In this document: positions 36,860-45,883 of the stretch, piece by piece
Numbering within the stretch: the stretch's first letter is position 1
How the letters are laid out: each line of letters begins with the position of its first letter
DNA from: Polyangiales bacterium
GTDB taxonomy: Bacteria > Myxococcota_A > Polyangia > Polyangiales > Polyangiaceae
Length of the DNA stretch: 64,000 nucleotides
NCBI GenBank assembly: GCA_038230375.1
Contig: JBBRNJ010000023.1
Coordinates: forward strand, 1-64,000
Direction: 5' to 3'
Notes under the pieces: generated by a model
The model's input: the letters and a program-made list of their open reading frames with translations, nothing else
What the model was told of the DNA's origin: nothing
The model's database searches: none
Made by a program: the position numbers and the translations under genes

Positions 36860-37800
36860 CAGAACCAGGAGTGTACCACCGTAATGGCCGTTCCTGCGCT
36901 TGCTGGCTGGTTCACCCCAAGGCCATCCACCTGCGGCTGCACGGAGAGCGATGTTTGTACTCTCCACGTATCGGAGAGCGGAATGGCCGTGCCCAGCGAG
37001 AGCGCGGGCAGACGGTGCGACGTGTGCGGCGCGTCCTTGCCGTTGATCGTCGCGTTCTCCTCCACGGTGTACGACGCGGCGAGGGCTGCCGCGATCTCGT
37101 GCGGGAAGACGTAGGCCGCCACGGCCTGCGCGGTCCACTGCGGACCCAGGCGCTCGTGGATGGTGGCGTCGCCAGAGCCCACGGTGCGCGCGGTGCGCTG
37201 CGCGACGAGCCCGCTCAAGCCGACGAGCCACGGTCCGAATGCCTGCTCGACGGAAACGCCACCATTGATCTGGAAGGCACCGATACCTGTGGCGCCGGTC
37301 GCGAGCGAGCCGATGTCCTGCGCGTCCGCCGGTTTTCCGGTGGGCACCGTGAGCCCGACAAGCAGCGCGATCCCTGGCACGTACCGCGATGCGCCCGCGC
37401 TGGTGATGTCCCAGCGGCCGCTCGCGTTCACGTCACCGATGCCGCCGCCGAGCTCACCCTTGCCCTGACTCTTGCGATGCGTCTCCACGAACGGCACCAG
37501 CAGCGCGACCTGCACACCTTGAACGATGCGGAGCGCGCCGAAGAGATCCTGCTCGAGATCCAGCTCCGACGAGCCGGGGCGCGCAGGCACGTACGTGCCG
37601 TTCTGATCCCACGAGCCCAGCACCGATGCTGCCTTCACGACGCTGCCCACGAGCGCGCGCTCATGCAACGCGAGCCGCGCAGGCGTGACGGTGCCGCTTC
37701 CAGCGCAGCACGCCTGCGCGTACGCGGGCGTGGCGCGGCACACGAGCCACGCAGCGAGCGCGAGAGGCAGGGCGATATGAGCTGCGCGCTTGAACGACAC
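36859..37800 (-). CDS. Outer-membrane beta-barrel (MetA-pathway/'transporter' family-like) with N-terminal ACC motif
   Basis: Signal AYA-QACCAG; GIGDV, VPTG, TGIG; terminal WF. Confidence 0.65.
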   Translation of the reverse strand: MSFKRAAHIALPLALAAWLVCRATPAYAQACCAGSGTVTPARLALHERALVGSVVKAASVLGSWDQNGTYVPARPGSSELDLEQDLFGALRIVQGVQVALLVPFVETHRKSQGKGELGGGIGDVNASGRWDITSAGASRYVPGIALLVGLTVPTGKPADAQDIGSLATGATGIGAFQINGGVSVEQAFGPWLVGLSGLVAQRTARTVGSGDATIHERLGPQWTAQAVAAYVFPHEIAAALAASYTVEENATINGKDAPHTSHRLPALSLGTAIPLSDTWRVQTSLSVQPQVDGLGVNQPASAGTAITVVHSWF

Positions 37801-37805
37801 GCGTC

Positions 37806-38465
37806 CTAGTCCGTGATCTCGGTCGCCTCGACGACGGCGCGCAGCCGCGCTTCGTCCTCGGGCTTCAGCGGGTCGAAGGCGTACATGAACGAGTAGCCGT
37901 GAGAGTGATGGAGGAAGGCGCACGCGCGCCCCTGCATCATGGTGCCGCTCTCCGCGAAGGCCCAGCGCGTCTCGATGCCCTTCATGTTCTGGAAGCACCG
38001 GCCCGGCGTGCGCGACAGCAGCGAGTACTGGGTGAGCGCCTTCTCCCGCGCGCCTTGCAGCGCCTCTCCATACACGACCAGATCCTGCGACACGGGGTTC
38101 TGGTTCGTGATGAATGCGACGAGCGCGTGCGTCGTCAGCTTGGAGTCAGGCGCAGGCTCCAGGAAGAGGAGCGCCTCGCTGTCCTCGTTGACCTGCAGAT
38201 CGTCGCCATGATGGATGAGGAGCAGGCCAGAGCCGATCCTCACGTCGTGCGTGAGAGCGGGTGCTGGTCGCGGCGTGGGGACCTGCGGGGGGCGCGCGCA
38301 CGCATGGCCGTCCCAGCGTTCGTCGTCGGCGCACGTGGGGTGCGCAGGTGGTGGCGGGATCGTGGCCACGGCGATCGGAGCGCCGGTCACAGGTTGTGCT
38401 TGCTTCGTGCAGCCGCTGATCACGAATGCCAGAATCGCGACGGCGAGCGCTCTCTCCGGACTCAT
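37806..38465 (-). CDS. Hypothetical lipoprotein
   Basis: Lipobox ISGC, Pro-rich linker; TACGAT upstream. Confidence 0.65.
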   Translation of the reverse strand: MSPERALAVAILAFVISGCTKQAQPVTGAPIAVATIPPPPAHPTCADDERWDGHACARPPQVPTPRPAPALTHDVRIGSGLLLIHHGDDLQVNEDSEALLFLEPAPDSKLTTHALVAFITNQNPVSQDLVVYGEALQGAREKALTQYSLLSRTPGRCFQNMKGIETRWAFAESGTMMQGRACAFLHHSHGYSFMYAFDPLKPEDEARLRAVVEATEITD

Positions 38466-38514
38466 GACCGCATCGTAGAGCACCTTGGCCGTGGTTCGTA
38501 GCTTGCGCATCGGG

Positions 38515-39234
38515 TCATCGGCGACGCGAGGCGTTGATGGGGATGTCGGGGGGCACCGCGGTGGGGACGAGCGTGGGGGTGGAGGTCGGGGTTTGGGTTG
38601 GGGTGGAGGTCGGGGTTTGGGTGGGGGTGGAGGTCGGGGTTTGGGTTGGGGTGGCGGTTGGGCGCGGGTTGGGGCGATGCGTTGGGACTGCCGTTGGACG
38701 CGCGGTCGGGGTTGCGCTGGGCGTCACAGCCGGCGCTCCTGCGTCGAGGGGCGCAGCGATGGGCTCGTGGTCCGCGTGATCGGGCTTGGCCGGCTTCCAC
38801 GCGGCTGTCGTGTGGCAGTCCTCGCAGGTGGTCGGGAAGTGCGTGTGATCTGGTTGCGTCACCTTTTTTCGCTCGGGCTCGTGGCACCCGAAACAGAGCT
38901 TCGTCGTGCCCTCGAACACCGGTGGCGTGCCCTCGTGACAGTAGAAGCAAGCGGCGCCCACGTGCTTCCCGGTGAGCTCCCACCCAGGATGCATCAGCTG
39001 CGTAGGATGCCACCTCGTCTGCAGGTGACAGTTCGCGCAAGTGGTGGGCTTCTTGCCAACGTGAACAGGATTGGTGACCTCCTCGAAGTCGCGAAGGTGA
39101 CAGGTGGCGCAAAGTTTCGAGGTCGAGGTCGAGGTCGAGGTCGAGGTCGAGGTCGAAGTCGAGGTCGAGGTCGAGGTCGAGCAGGCGGCGATCGCTAGCA
39201 GCAGAAATGCCGTAAATAGAAGCCCCGTTCTCAT
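38515..39234 (-). CDS. Pentaheme c-type cytochrome lipoprotein
   Basis: Lipobox IAAC; CATCH, CANCH, CFYCH, CFGCH, CEDCH; extra His as distal ligands; TGATG overlap with NOX stop. Confidence 0.9.
   Translation of the reverse strand: MRTGLLFTAFLLLAIAACSTSTSTSTSTSTSTSTSTSTSKLCATCHLRDFEEVTNPVHVGKKPTTCANCHLQTRWHPTQLMHPGWELTGKHVGAACFYCHEGTPPVFEGTTKLCFGCHEPERKKVTQPDHTHFPTTCEDCHTTAAWKPAKPDHADHEPIAAPLDAGAPAVTPSATPTARPTAVPTHRPNPRPTATPTQTPTSTPTQTPTSTPTQTPTSTPTLVPTAVPPDIPINASRRR
39118..39180 (-). repeat. (TCGACC)x10.5 hexamer tandem repeat encoding the (Ser-Thr)10-Ser tether
   Basis: Near-perfect ggtcga array immediately after the lipoprotein Cys codon. Confidence 0.9.
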
Positions 39235-41219
39235 CAGAACCGCTCCTCCCTGTACCCCATGCGCAGCTTCTCCGCCGTCGCACGCACGATTTTCCCGAGG
39301 CCCGGCGGCCCACAGAAGAAGACCTGCACCTTCTCTCCGGCGTGCACGTGTGCGATGCGGCCGAGCCACGTCTGGAAGTCCGGCGGACCAAAGTGCGTCT
39401 TCGTGCGGAGGCCCGTGATGATGTCGCTGCGTCCCTTCTGGTGCATCACCTGGCGCGCCAGGTCGAGCCCGAGCGACGTCACGCCGCTGCGTGCGCCCGT
39501 CATGCACAGGTTCACTTCCAGCATGCCGCGCTGGTCCGTCTTCTCGAGATCGGAGAGCAGGCTCGTGAACCACTCGAACGAGTACTGGTCCTTGTTGAGC
39601 CAGAAGAAATGGACCTTCTCGAGCTTCGAAGGGCGGTCGCTCTGGCCGTTGCCGCGCAGCACGATGCTCTCCAGCACGCTCGCGAACGGCGTCACGCCGA
39701 TGCCCGCGCCGATGAGCACGCAGACCTTCGAGTTGAAGATGTGCGCGCTTGGAGAGCCGTACGGACCGTCCACATGGGCGACGTCCGGCGGGGCGCCCAT
39801 GTCGATGTGATGGCGGAGCGCGTGCGTCCAGTTGCCGAGCACGCGTACGTGGAAGGAGAGCTCCTCGGCCTCGGGCGCGCTGGAGATGGTGAACGGATGC
39901 CACTCATGCTTCGCGACTGCCGGGACCTTGATGAAGGCGTAGTCACCCGCGCTGAAGTCGAACCCCTTCGGCTTCTGCAGGCGAAGCTGGGTCACGCCGG
40001 ACCGGAGCGGCTCCGCAAGCAAGATGGGGCTCTCCTTGCCGCGCCGTACCAGGCGAAGGATCTGCTCCACGACGAACCCGGCGATGGGAACGCCCGCATA
40101 GAAGAGGAAGTTCGGCGCGTGCGCGATCGCGAGGCCCAGCCACACCACGTAGAGGAGGTGCGTGAAGTAGAAGAGCTCGAAGCGCGCGCTGCGGCGCACG
40201 AAGCCGAGTGAGAAGAGCCACATCACGGCGAAGACGACCAGCAAGATGCCGCCGGTGGCGCCGCGCGCGGACATCATCACGTGGAAGAGAGGCAGTGAGG
40301 TGTGCCCCGCGCCATAGGCGACCACGAACGCGGCGACGTGCGCGCACGCCAGCGCGAAGAGCGAGTGCCCGACGAGCTTGTGGAATGCAATGGCGTGATC
40401 CACCGGGATCGCGCGGCCCAGCCAAGTGGCGCGCGCGCGCGAGAGCAGACGACGCATCATCGGCACGAGGATGAGCGCGCCGTTGAGATCCAGGCACGCG
40501 CCGAGTGCACGCCCGACCTGTACGAGCGGGTTCGTGCCGGGCGCGAGCATCTCCGTCTTGCCGATCGACGACATGAACACGGCGACGTTTGCGATCATCC
40601 ACAGCACGACGATCACCACGGGCGCCGCGCCGGTCGCGAGCATCTGGCCCATCCCCGAGCGCTGGCCCTTGCCCCAGGCACCGACGCCCTCGAAGAGGTC
40701 CTCGTTCGGGGCGATCCAGGTCGCCTCGCTGCGGGTCATGCGCCACAGCAGGTCGGGGTGCTTCTGCATCACGGCGGACAGCTCGTCGAAGCTGACGCGG
40801 CCGTCCTTGTTCGCGTCCGCTGCGTGGAGCAGGGCTGCGACCAGCTGCTCGGGTGGCTGCGTGTCGCGCGCGACCACCGTGCTCTCGGCCAGGCTGAGCG
40901 TCACCATGCGAAGGAGCTCGCTCCGGTCGAGTGTGCCGTCGCCGTCGTGGTCCATCAGGCGGAACGCAAACAGGAGCTTCTCCTGAGGAGTGCCGAGCAC
41001 GAGCTTCTTCACGGCGGACAGGAACTCCTCCCTGTCGATCGTGCCGCTGCCGTTCGTATCGAAGAGGGAGAAGACGCGCTTCGCGAGGTACTCGCTCTTG
41101 AGACCGAGCGCTGCTTGCAGTTCCCCGGGATCGATCACGGCATCCGCGCCAGCAAGCCGAGCGAACGACCGCTCCAGCTTCTTCAGCAGCGCGCTGTCGA
41201 TCTCGGACGGGGAGCCCAC
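39234..41219 (-). CDS. NOX5-like EF-hand NADPH oxidase / ferric reductase-type flavocytochrome b
   Basis: EF loops DTNGSGTIDREE, DHDGDGTLDRSE, DANKDGRVSFDE plus one degenerate; 6 TM with heme His pairs FHKL..CAH and FTH..IAH; HPFTISS, DGPYG, GAGIGVTPF, FFCGP, terminal EERF. Confidence 0.93.
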   Translation of the reverse strand: MGSPSEIDSALLKKLERSFARLAGADAVIDPGELQAALGLKSEYLAKRVFSLFDTNGSGTIDREEFLSAVKKLVLGTPQEKLLFAFRLMDHDGDGTLDRSELLRMVTLSLAESTVVARDTQPPEQLVAALLHAADANKDGRVSFDELSAVMQKHPDLLWRMTRSEATWIAPNEDLFEGVGAWGKGQRSGMGQMLATGAAPVVIVVLWMIANVAVFMSSIGKTEMLAPGTNPLVQVGRALGACLDLNGALILVPMMRRLLSRARATWLGRAIPVDHAIAFHKLVGHSLFALACAHVAAFVVAYGAGHTSLPLFHVMMSARGATGGILLVVFAVMWLFSLGFVRRSARFELFYFTHLLYVVWLGLAIAHAPNFLFYAGVPIAGFVVEQILRLVRRGKESPILLAEPLRSGVTQLRLQKPKGFDFSAGDYAFIKVPAVAKHEWHPFTISSAPEAEELSFHVRVLGNWTHALRHHIDMGAPPDVAHVDGPYGSPSAHIFNSKVCVLIGAGIGVTPFASVLESIVLRGNGQSDRPSKLEKVHFFWLNKDQYSFEWFTSLLSDLEKTDQRGMLEVNLCMTGARSGVTSLGLDLARQVMHQKGRSDIITGLRTKTHFGPPDFQTWLGRIAHVHAGEKVQVFFCGPPGLGKIVRATAEKLRMGYREERF

Positions 41220-41272
41220 AAGGCGCGCGAGTCTAGGCCGCGAGCGTCGCTTTCGTCTATGCTGGCCGCCTC

Positions 41273-42505
41273 ATGAACCGCCTGGTCATTTCTTCCTCGC
41301 TCGTCGCTCTGATCACGCTTGCGCTCGTCGCCTGCACTCCCGCGGAGCCGCCCACGCTGCCCACCGCCGCGCCTCCCGCCAAGACCGAGCTCGGTCAGAA
41401 GGAGCTCAACGCCCGCGCCCAGGAGGTCTCGACGGAGCTCGACGATCTCCACGCGGCCGCCGCTGCGGCTGACGAGAACCGCTACTTCGGGCACTTCGCT
41501 CCGAACGCCGTGTTCCTTGGCACGGACGCGAAGGAGCGCTGGGACCTGGCTGCGTTCCGCGCCTATGCGCATCCGCACTTCGCAGCAGGGCACGGCTGGG
41601 CGTACAAGGCGTCGCGGCGCGCGGTGTCGTTCAACGCGGACGGCAGCGTGGGCTACTTCGACGAGGACCTCACGAGCGCGCGCATCGGACCCACGCGCGG
41701 CAGCGGCGTGCTCATCCGCAACGGCAGCCGCTATGTGATTGTACAATACAACCTTTCGCTCGTGATCCCGAACGAGCGCGTGGACGCGGTGCGCAAGGCC
41801 ATCGCGGGCGACGCGAAGCTCGAGGCGACCATGGACGACCTGCGCGGGCGTCACAAGGCAGCGTACGACGCGGCGGTGGAAGGCGCGGGCGCGGGCAACC
41901 TGGGCGCCGCGCGCGCTGGTCTTTCCGCGCTGGTGCGTGAGGCCAAGAGCCACCCCGAGGACGACCTGGAGTTCTGGCTCCACAACGAGCTCACCTGGGT
42001 GCACTGGGCAGAGGGCGATCTCACCGCCGCGCTCGCCGAGGTCGAAGAGGCCCGCGCCGCCGCCGATCATTCGGTCCTGCCCGAGGAGAAGAAGAACAAG
42101 CTGCGCCTGCACGAGAAATGGGACCGCAGCTACTTGCTCCTCGAGCTCGCGATGACCGGCAAGGCGGAGAACAAACAGAAGGTGCTCGCGGCAGCCACCG
42201 CAGCGAAGGCCGACTACGACGCGCTCGCGACCAGAGAGAAGGACAACGATGGTGCCGCGGTGCTCGCCACGTTCTTCGCGGAGCGGCAAGGACAGGGAAA
42301 GCAAGCCGCCACGTTCGGCAAGAAGGTCGACCTGGAGAAGGACTCGGACGTGCAGGATCTCTACGTCCTGGCGCGCGCCTACGAGGCGTCGGGGGACAAG
42401 GACCTCGCAGTGAAGGCCAACACGAAGATCTGCGCCGCGAAGCCGTACCTCATGAAGCCTCTGATCGTCGCGCAACGAAAACGCGAAGGCCACGGCTGCC
42501 AGTAG
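41273..42505 (+). CDS. Lipoprotein with SnoaL/NTF2-like domain and C-terminal helical (TPR-like) region
   Basis: Lipobox LVAC; FLGTDAKERW, YFDEDL, RGSGVL, QYNLSL.IPN. Confidence 0.8.
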   Translation: MNRLVISSSLVALITLALVACTPAEPPTLPTAAPPAKTELGQKELNARAQEVSTELDDLHAAAAAADENRYFGHFAPNAVFLGTDAKERWDLAAFRAYAHPHFAAGHGWAYKASRRAVSFNADGSVGYFDEDLTSARIGPTRGSGVLIRNGSRYVIVQYNLSLVIPNERVDAVRKAIAGDAKLEATMDDLRGRHKAAYDAAVEGAGAGNLGAARAGLSALVREAKSHPEDDLEFWLHNELTWVHWAEGDLTAALAEVEEARAAADHSVLPEEKKNKLRLHEKWDRSYLLLELAMTGKAENKQKVLAAATAAKADYDALATREKDNDGAAVLATFFAERQGQGKQAATFGKKVDLEKDSDVQDLYVLARAYEASGDKDLAVKANTKICAAKPYLMKPLIVAQRKREGHGCQ

Positions 42506-42551
42506 GGGCCGAGGGGCCACGGCAGCTCCTACTCACGTAGCGGCGTCAGGC

Positions 42552-43556
42552 TCACGCTTGTGTTCTCCTCCGCTCCACGCGGGCGACCCGGACATCGTAG
42601 CTCTTGTAGAGGCGGCTTCTGCCCAGGGCTTGCGCCTCTCGATGCTGGCCGTGCGTGCGCCACGCGGCGATCGCGTCCATCGAGTCCCAGTAGGACACGG
42701 TGATCCCGAATCCATCCGCATTGCGCGCGCCACGAATGCCCAGGAATCCAGGCTGCGAGTGTGCGAGATCGCTCATGCGCGCCGCCATGGCATCGTATTC
42801 GGTCCGCTCCTCCGGTCGAGCAAGCTGGCTCTCGAAGATCACCGCCCAGCACGCTGCTTCAGGCACCTGTTCGGCTGGCGTCACGCCGCTCGCGACCTCT
42901 GGGCCGGTGATGGGCGAGATCTGCGCGGGTCGGCCCACCGCCTCCGCCGCTGCCTCGAGATACCAGCGATCCACGATGGGGTTCGCGCGCATCGTCTCGA
43001 CGTACGCTCGTGTCTCCGCGCTCACGTCGTGCTGGTACGAGATGATGCGCGTGACGACGGGCGCGAACATCGCGTCCGCGACGGAGAACTTCCCGCAGAG
43101 GTAGGGACCGCCGAAGCGTGCGCGCCCCTCGGTCACGATCGCATCGAAGCGCGCGACGTCACACCGCGTGGCAGGGTCCACGTGCGGAAGGGGTGCTCTG
43201 CGTGCCAGGTTCATGGGGCAGTTCCGCCGCAGGTCAGCGAGCCCGGAGTGCATCTCCGCGCTCACCGCTCGCGCCCAGGCTCGCGCCGCCCGATCGTCTG
43301 GCCAGAGCCGCGCGTCCGGGAAGAGCTCCGCGATGTACTCGGCGATCGCGAGCGAGTCCCACACGGTGACCTTGCCATCGCGAAGGAGCGGCACCTTGCC
43401 TGTCGGGCTCACGACGCGAAGGCCTTCGCGGAAGGTGGCATCTTGCGGCCAGTGCATCACCTCGCGGAAGGTGGCGCCGGCGCTCACCAGGAGCAGCCAG
43501 GGTCGCATCGACCAGGATGAGTAGTTCTTCTGGAACATGTGTAGCTCGAGATCCAT
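42552..43556 (-). CDS. Glutathione S-transferase fused to antibiotic biosynthesis monooxygenase (ABM) domain
   Basis: KNYSSWSMRPWL, PTGKVP, WDSLAI, AEMHSG; C-term AVIF..QPGFLG..GITVSYW..HREAQALGR. Confidence 0.88.
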   Translation of the reverse strand: MDLELHMFQKNYSSWSMRPWLLLVSAGATFREVMHWPQDATFREGLRVVSPTGKVPLLRDGKVTVWDSLAIAEYIAELFPDARLWPDDRAARAWARAVSAEMHSGLADLRRNCPMNLARRAPLPHVDPATRCDVARFDAIVTEGRARFGGPYLCGKFSVADAMFAPVVTRIISYQHDVSAETRAYVETMRANPIVDRWYLEAAAEAVGRPAQISPITGPEVASGVTPAEQVPEAACWAVIFESQLARPEERTEYDAMAARMSDLAHSQPGFLGIRGARNADGFGITVSYWDSMDAIAAWRTHGQHREAQALGRSRLYKSYDVRVARVERRRTQA

Positions 43557-43640
43557 GCGCCGGAGCTTGCTGGATCAGGGGGCCGGCGTCCTCTGCAAAA
43601 ATGCAGACCCCCTCGTGAAACGCGCCGTACGATGGCCGCG

Positions 43641-44534
43641 ATGTTCGAGTGGTCCGATCTCAGGCACTTCCTGTCGATCCATCGCACTGGCAACCTGTCG
43701 GCTGCGTCGCGCGAGCTCGCGGTGAACCAGACCACGGTGGGGCGTCATCTGGGTCAGCTCGAGGAGGCCCTTGGCACCCGCCTGTTCGATCGCAACCCCG
43801 ACGGGTTCGTGCTGACCGCCGCCGGGCAGGAGCTCTTGCCGATTGCGGAGCGTGTCGAGGCAGAGGCACTGGCACTGGAGCGACTCACGAAGGGCCGCGA
43901 TCGCAAGACGGAGGGGCTGGTCCGCATCACGACCACGGAGGTCCTGGGAAGCCGATACCTGGCGCCACGCCTGCGCGCCTTCCACGAGCGATACCCAGGT
44001 GTGCGCGTGGACATCCAGACCGCCTTCCGCGCGCTGAACCTCACGCGACACGAAGCGGACGTCGCGCTTCGCATCTTGCCCACCGCGCAGTCGTCGCTGC
44101 TGGTCCGGAAGGCGGGCGTGATCGCTTACGCGATCTATGCCGGCCGTGGCTACGTGGAGCGTCGAGGGGCACCGCGCACCAGGGCGGAGCTCGCGCGGCA
44201 TGTGCTGCTCGGATACGACGAGAGCATGGATGGCGCCGCCGAGGCGCAGTGGATGCAAGAGGCGCGGGGTACGCGTCCCTACGCGCTCTGCTCGAACAGC
44301 ACCAACACGCTGCTGGCGGGCGTGCGCGCCGACATGGGCGTCGCGCTACTGCCGTGTTTCGCGGCCGACCGTCAGGAGGGCGTCGTTCGCGTGCTGGACG
44401 GAGGAACGGTGCTCACGCGCGATCTCTGGCTCGTGGCTCACAAGGATCTGGCGCGGGTCCCGCGCGTGCGCGCCTTGATGAAGTACCTGGCGGATGCGAT
44501 CCGCGAGGACACGGCAATGCTGATGGGCCGGTGA
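43641..44534 (+). CDS. LysR family transcriptional regulator
   Basis: WSDLRHF..GNLSAASRELAVNQTTVGR..LFDR; divergent from the GST-ABM gene. Confidence 0.93.
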   Translation: MFEWSDLRHFLSIHRTGNLSAASRELAVNQTTVGRHLGQLEEALGTRLFDRNPDGFVLTAAGQELLPIAERVEAEALALERLTKGRDRKTEGLVRITTTEVLGSRYLAPRLRAFHERYPGVRVDIQTAFRALNLTRHEADVALRILPTAQSSLLVRKAGVIAYAIYAGRGYVERRGAPRTRAELARHVLLGYDESMDGAAEAQWMQEARGTRPYALCSNSTNTLLAGVRADMGVALLPCFAADRQEGVVRVLDGGTVLTRDLWLVAHKDLARVPRVRALMKYLADAIREDTAMLMGR

Positions 44535-44558
44535 GAGGACGTCGTGTAGCCTCCGGTC

Positions 44559-45419
44559 ATGCGGACCTTGGTCGTTGCTTTCGGCGCGGTGTGCGTCCTC
44601 GTTTCGGCGCCCGCATGGGCGGACGCGCTTCCGCCCCCGATGCGGTGTCCGCCGGGCAAGGTCGCGATCACGAGTCACGGTGGCAGCAGCTGCATTGATG
44701 CGAGGCCGTCGTGCCCGTCGACGAAGGTCGCGCTACGCAACGGGCCCGGCTGGGGCTGCGCGGATCCGGCGCCGAAGAACTGCGCGAACGGCTGGCACGG
44801 AGTGACGTCGCTGCAGGGCGGCCCCGAGTGCGTGCTCGCGGAGTGCGGAGACCACACGTCGTGCAACACGGGCGAGAGCTGTGTGGATCATCCACTCTGC
44901 GTCGAGGAGCAGGATCGCCTCATGTACGGCGATGACCAAGATCGTTCGGTGAGAAGCCCGCTCGTCGCAGGTCCCCCGCACGTGGTGCGGGTGAAGGTCA
45001 CGACTGGCATCTGCCCCGCGCCAGGGGAGGCGACACCGGCGGATTTTGCGTGCAAGACGTGTGAGGCGCGGAAACTGTGCGTGCGCCCAGGGGTCGCCGT
45101 GGCCTTCGCGCCGACGGGGAAGGGGACAACGGCGGGGACAACGACTTCGACGTCGACAACGACTTCGACAACGACCCCGACTTCGACAACGACCCCGACG
45201 TCGACAACGACCTCGACCTCGACCCCGACCTCGACCCCGACCTCGACCCCGACCTCGACCTCGACCCCGACCTCGACCCAGCCTGCGCCTGTGCAGCCTG
45301 CGCCCGCGGGTCGCGGTAGCTGTGACGTCGCTGGTGGTGCTGCGAGCCCGCTGCTCTCGTTGCTCTTCGCGGCAACGTTTGCGTCGCTCTACGGTCTTCG
45401 GAGGCGTAAGGCACGATGA
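44559..45419 (+). CDS. Cys-rich surface protein with Thr/Ser linker and MYXO-CTERM-like tail
   Basis: Signal AWA-D; C-term GSC..hydrophobic..RRRK. Confidence 0.75.
   Translation: MRTLVVAFGAVCVLVSAPAWADALPPPMRCPPGKVAITSHGGSSCIDARPSCPSTKVALRNGPGWGCADPAPKNCANGWHGVTSLQGGPECVLAECGDHTSCNTGESCVDHPLCVEEQDRLMYGDDQDRSVRSPLVAGPPHVVRVKVTTGICPAPGEATPADFACKTCEARKLCVRPGVAVAFAPTGKGTTAGTTTSTSTTTSTTTPTSTTTPTSTTTSTSTPTSTPTSTPTSTSTPTSTQPAPVQPAPAGRGSCDVAGGAASPLLSLLFAATFASLYGLRRRKAR
45137..45279 (+). repeat. Degenerate (ACCTCG/ACCCCG/ACAACG) repeats encoding a Thr/Ser/Pro stalk
   Basis: Low-complexity in-frame tandem array. Confidence 0.8.
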
Positions 45420-45868
45420 CGCTGCTCGGTCCCGCGATTGCGCTGCTGTTTGCTGCGCTCACACGTGCCCCATGCCCTCACGGCGTCTCCGATCCCGTGC
45501 GCGCGACGCTGGTCCGCTCCCTCGTTGTGGGTACACCTGACGGCACACGACTGGCGAGGCTCGCATCGCCGCCACCGATCTGCTTCGCGGATGGCGAAGG
45601 CGGACTGCTCGAAGGGACGGCGATCCTCCCACAAGGGTCGTCTGCAGCAGTGCAGGCTGCGCGCCTTGCGCACGTCTGGCAGCACGCCATCGACGGCGGC
45701 CCCCACGCGACGCCAGCGCCAGGACAAACGTGCGAAGCGTGGCTCGCCGACACCACACGGCTGGAAGCAAGAGCGGATTCCGTTGAAGCGAGCGTGGCCG
45801 CCGCGCTCAGGGTCTCGCCGATCGACCACGCGTCGCGCAACACGGCGTACAAGGCACGATGTCGGTGA
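45416..45868 (+). CDS. Hypothetical exported protein
   Basis: ATGA overlap with upstream stop; hydrophobic N-term; LAHVWQH..E. Confidence 0.55.
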   Translation: MTLLGPAIALLFAALTRAPCPHGVSDPVRATLVRSLVVGTPDGTRLARLASPPPICFADGEGGLLEGTAILPQGSSAAVQAARLAHVWQHAIDGGPHATPAPGQTCEAWLADTTRLEARADSVEASVAAALRVSPIDHASRNTAYKARCR

Positions 45869-45883
45869 GGTCGCGGTTGACGC

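Noticed and set aside
39118..39180. Tandem repeats here and at about 13190-13250, 45137-45279 and 58237-58332 as possible CRISPR or non-coding arrays
   Set aside because: No spacers and no cas genes; all are in-frame Ser/Thr/Pro linkers
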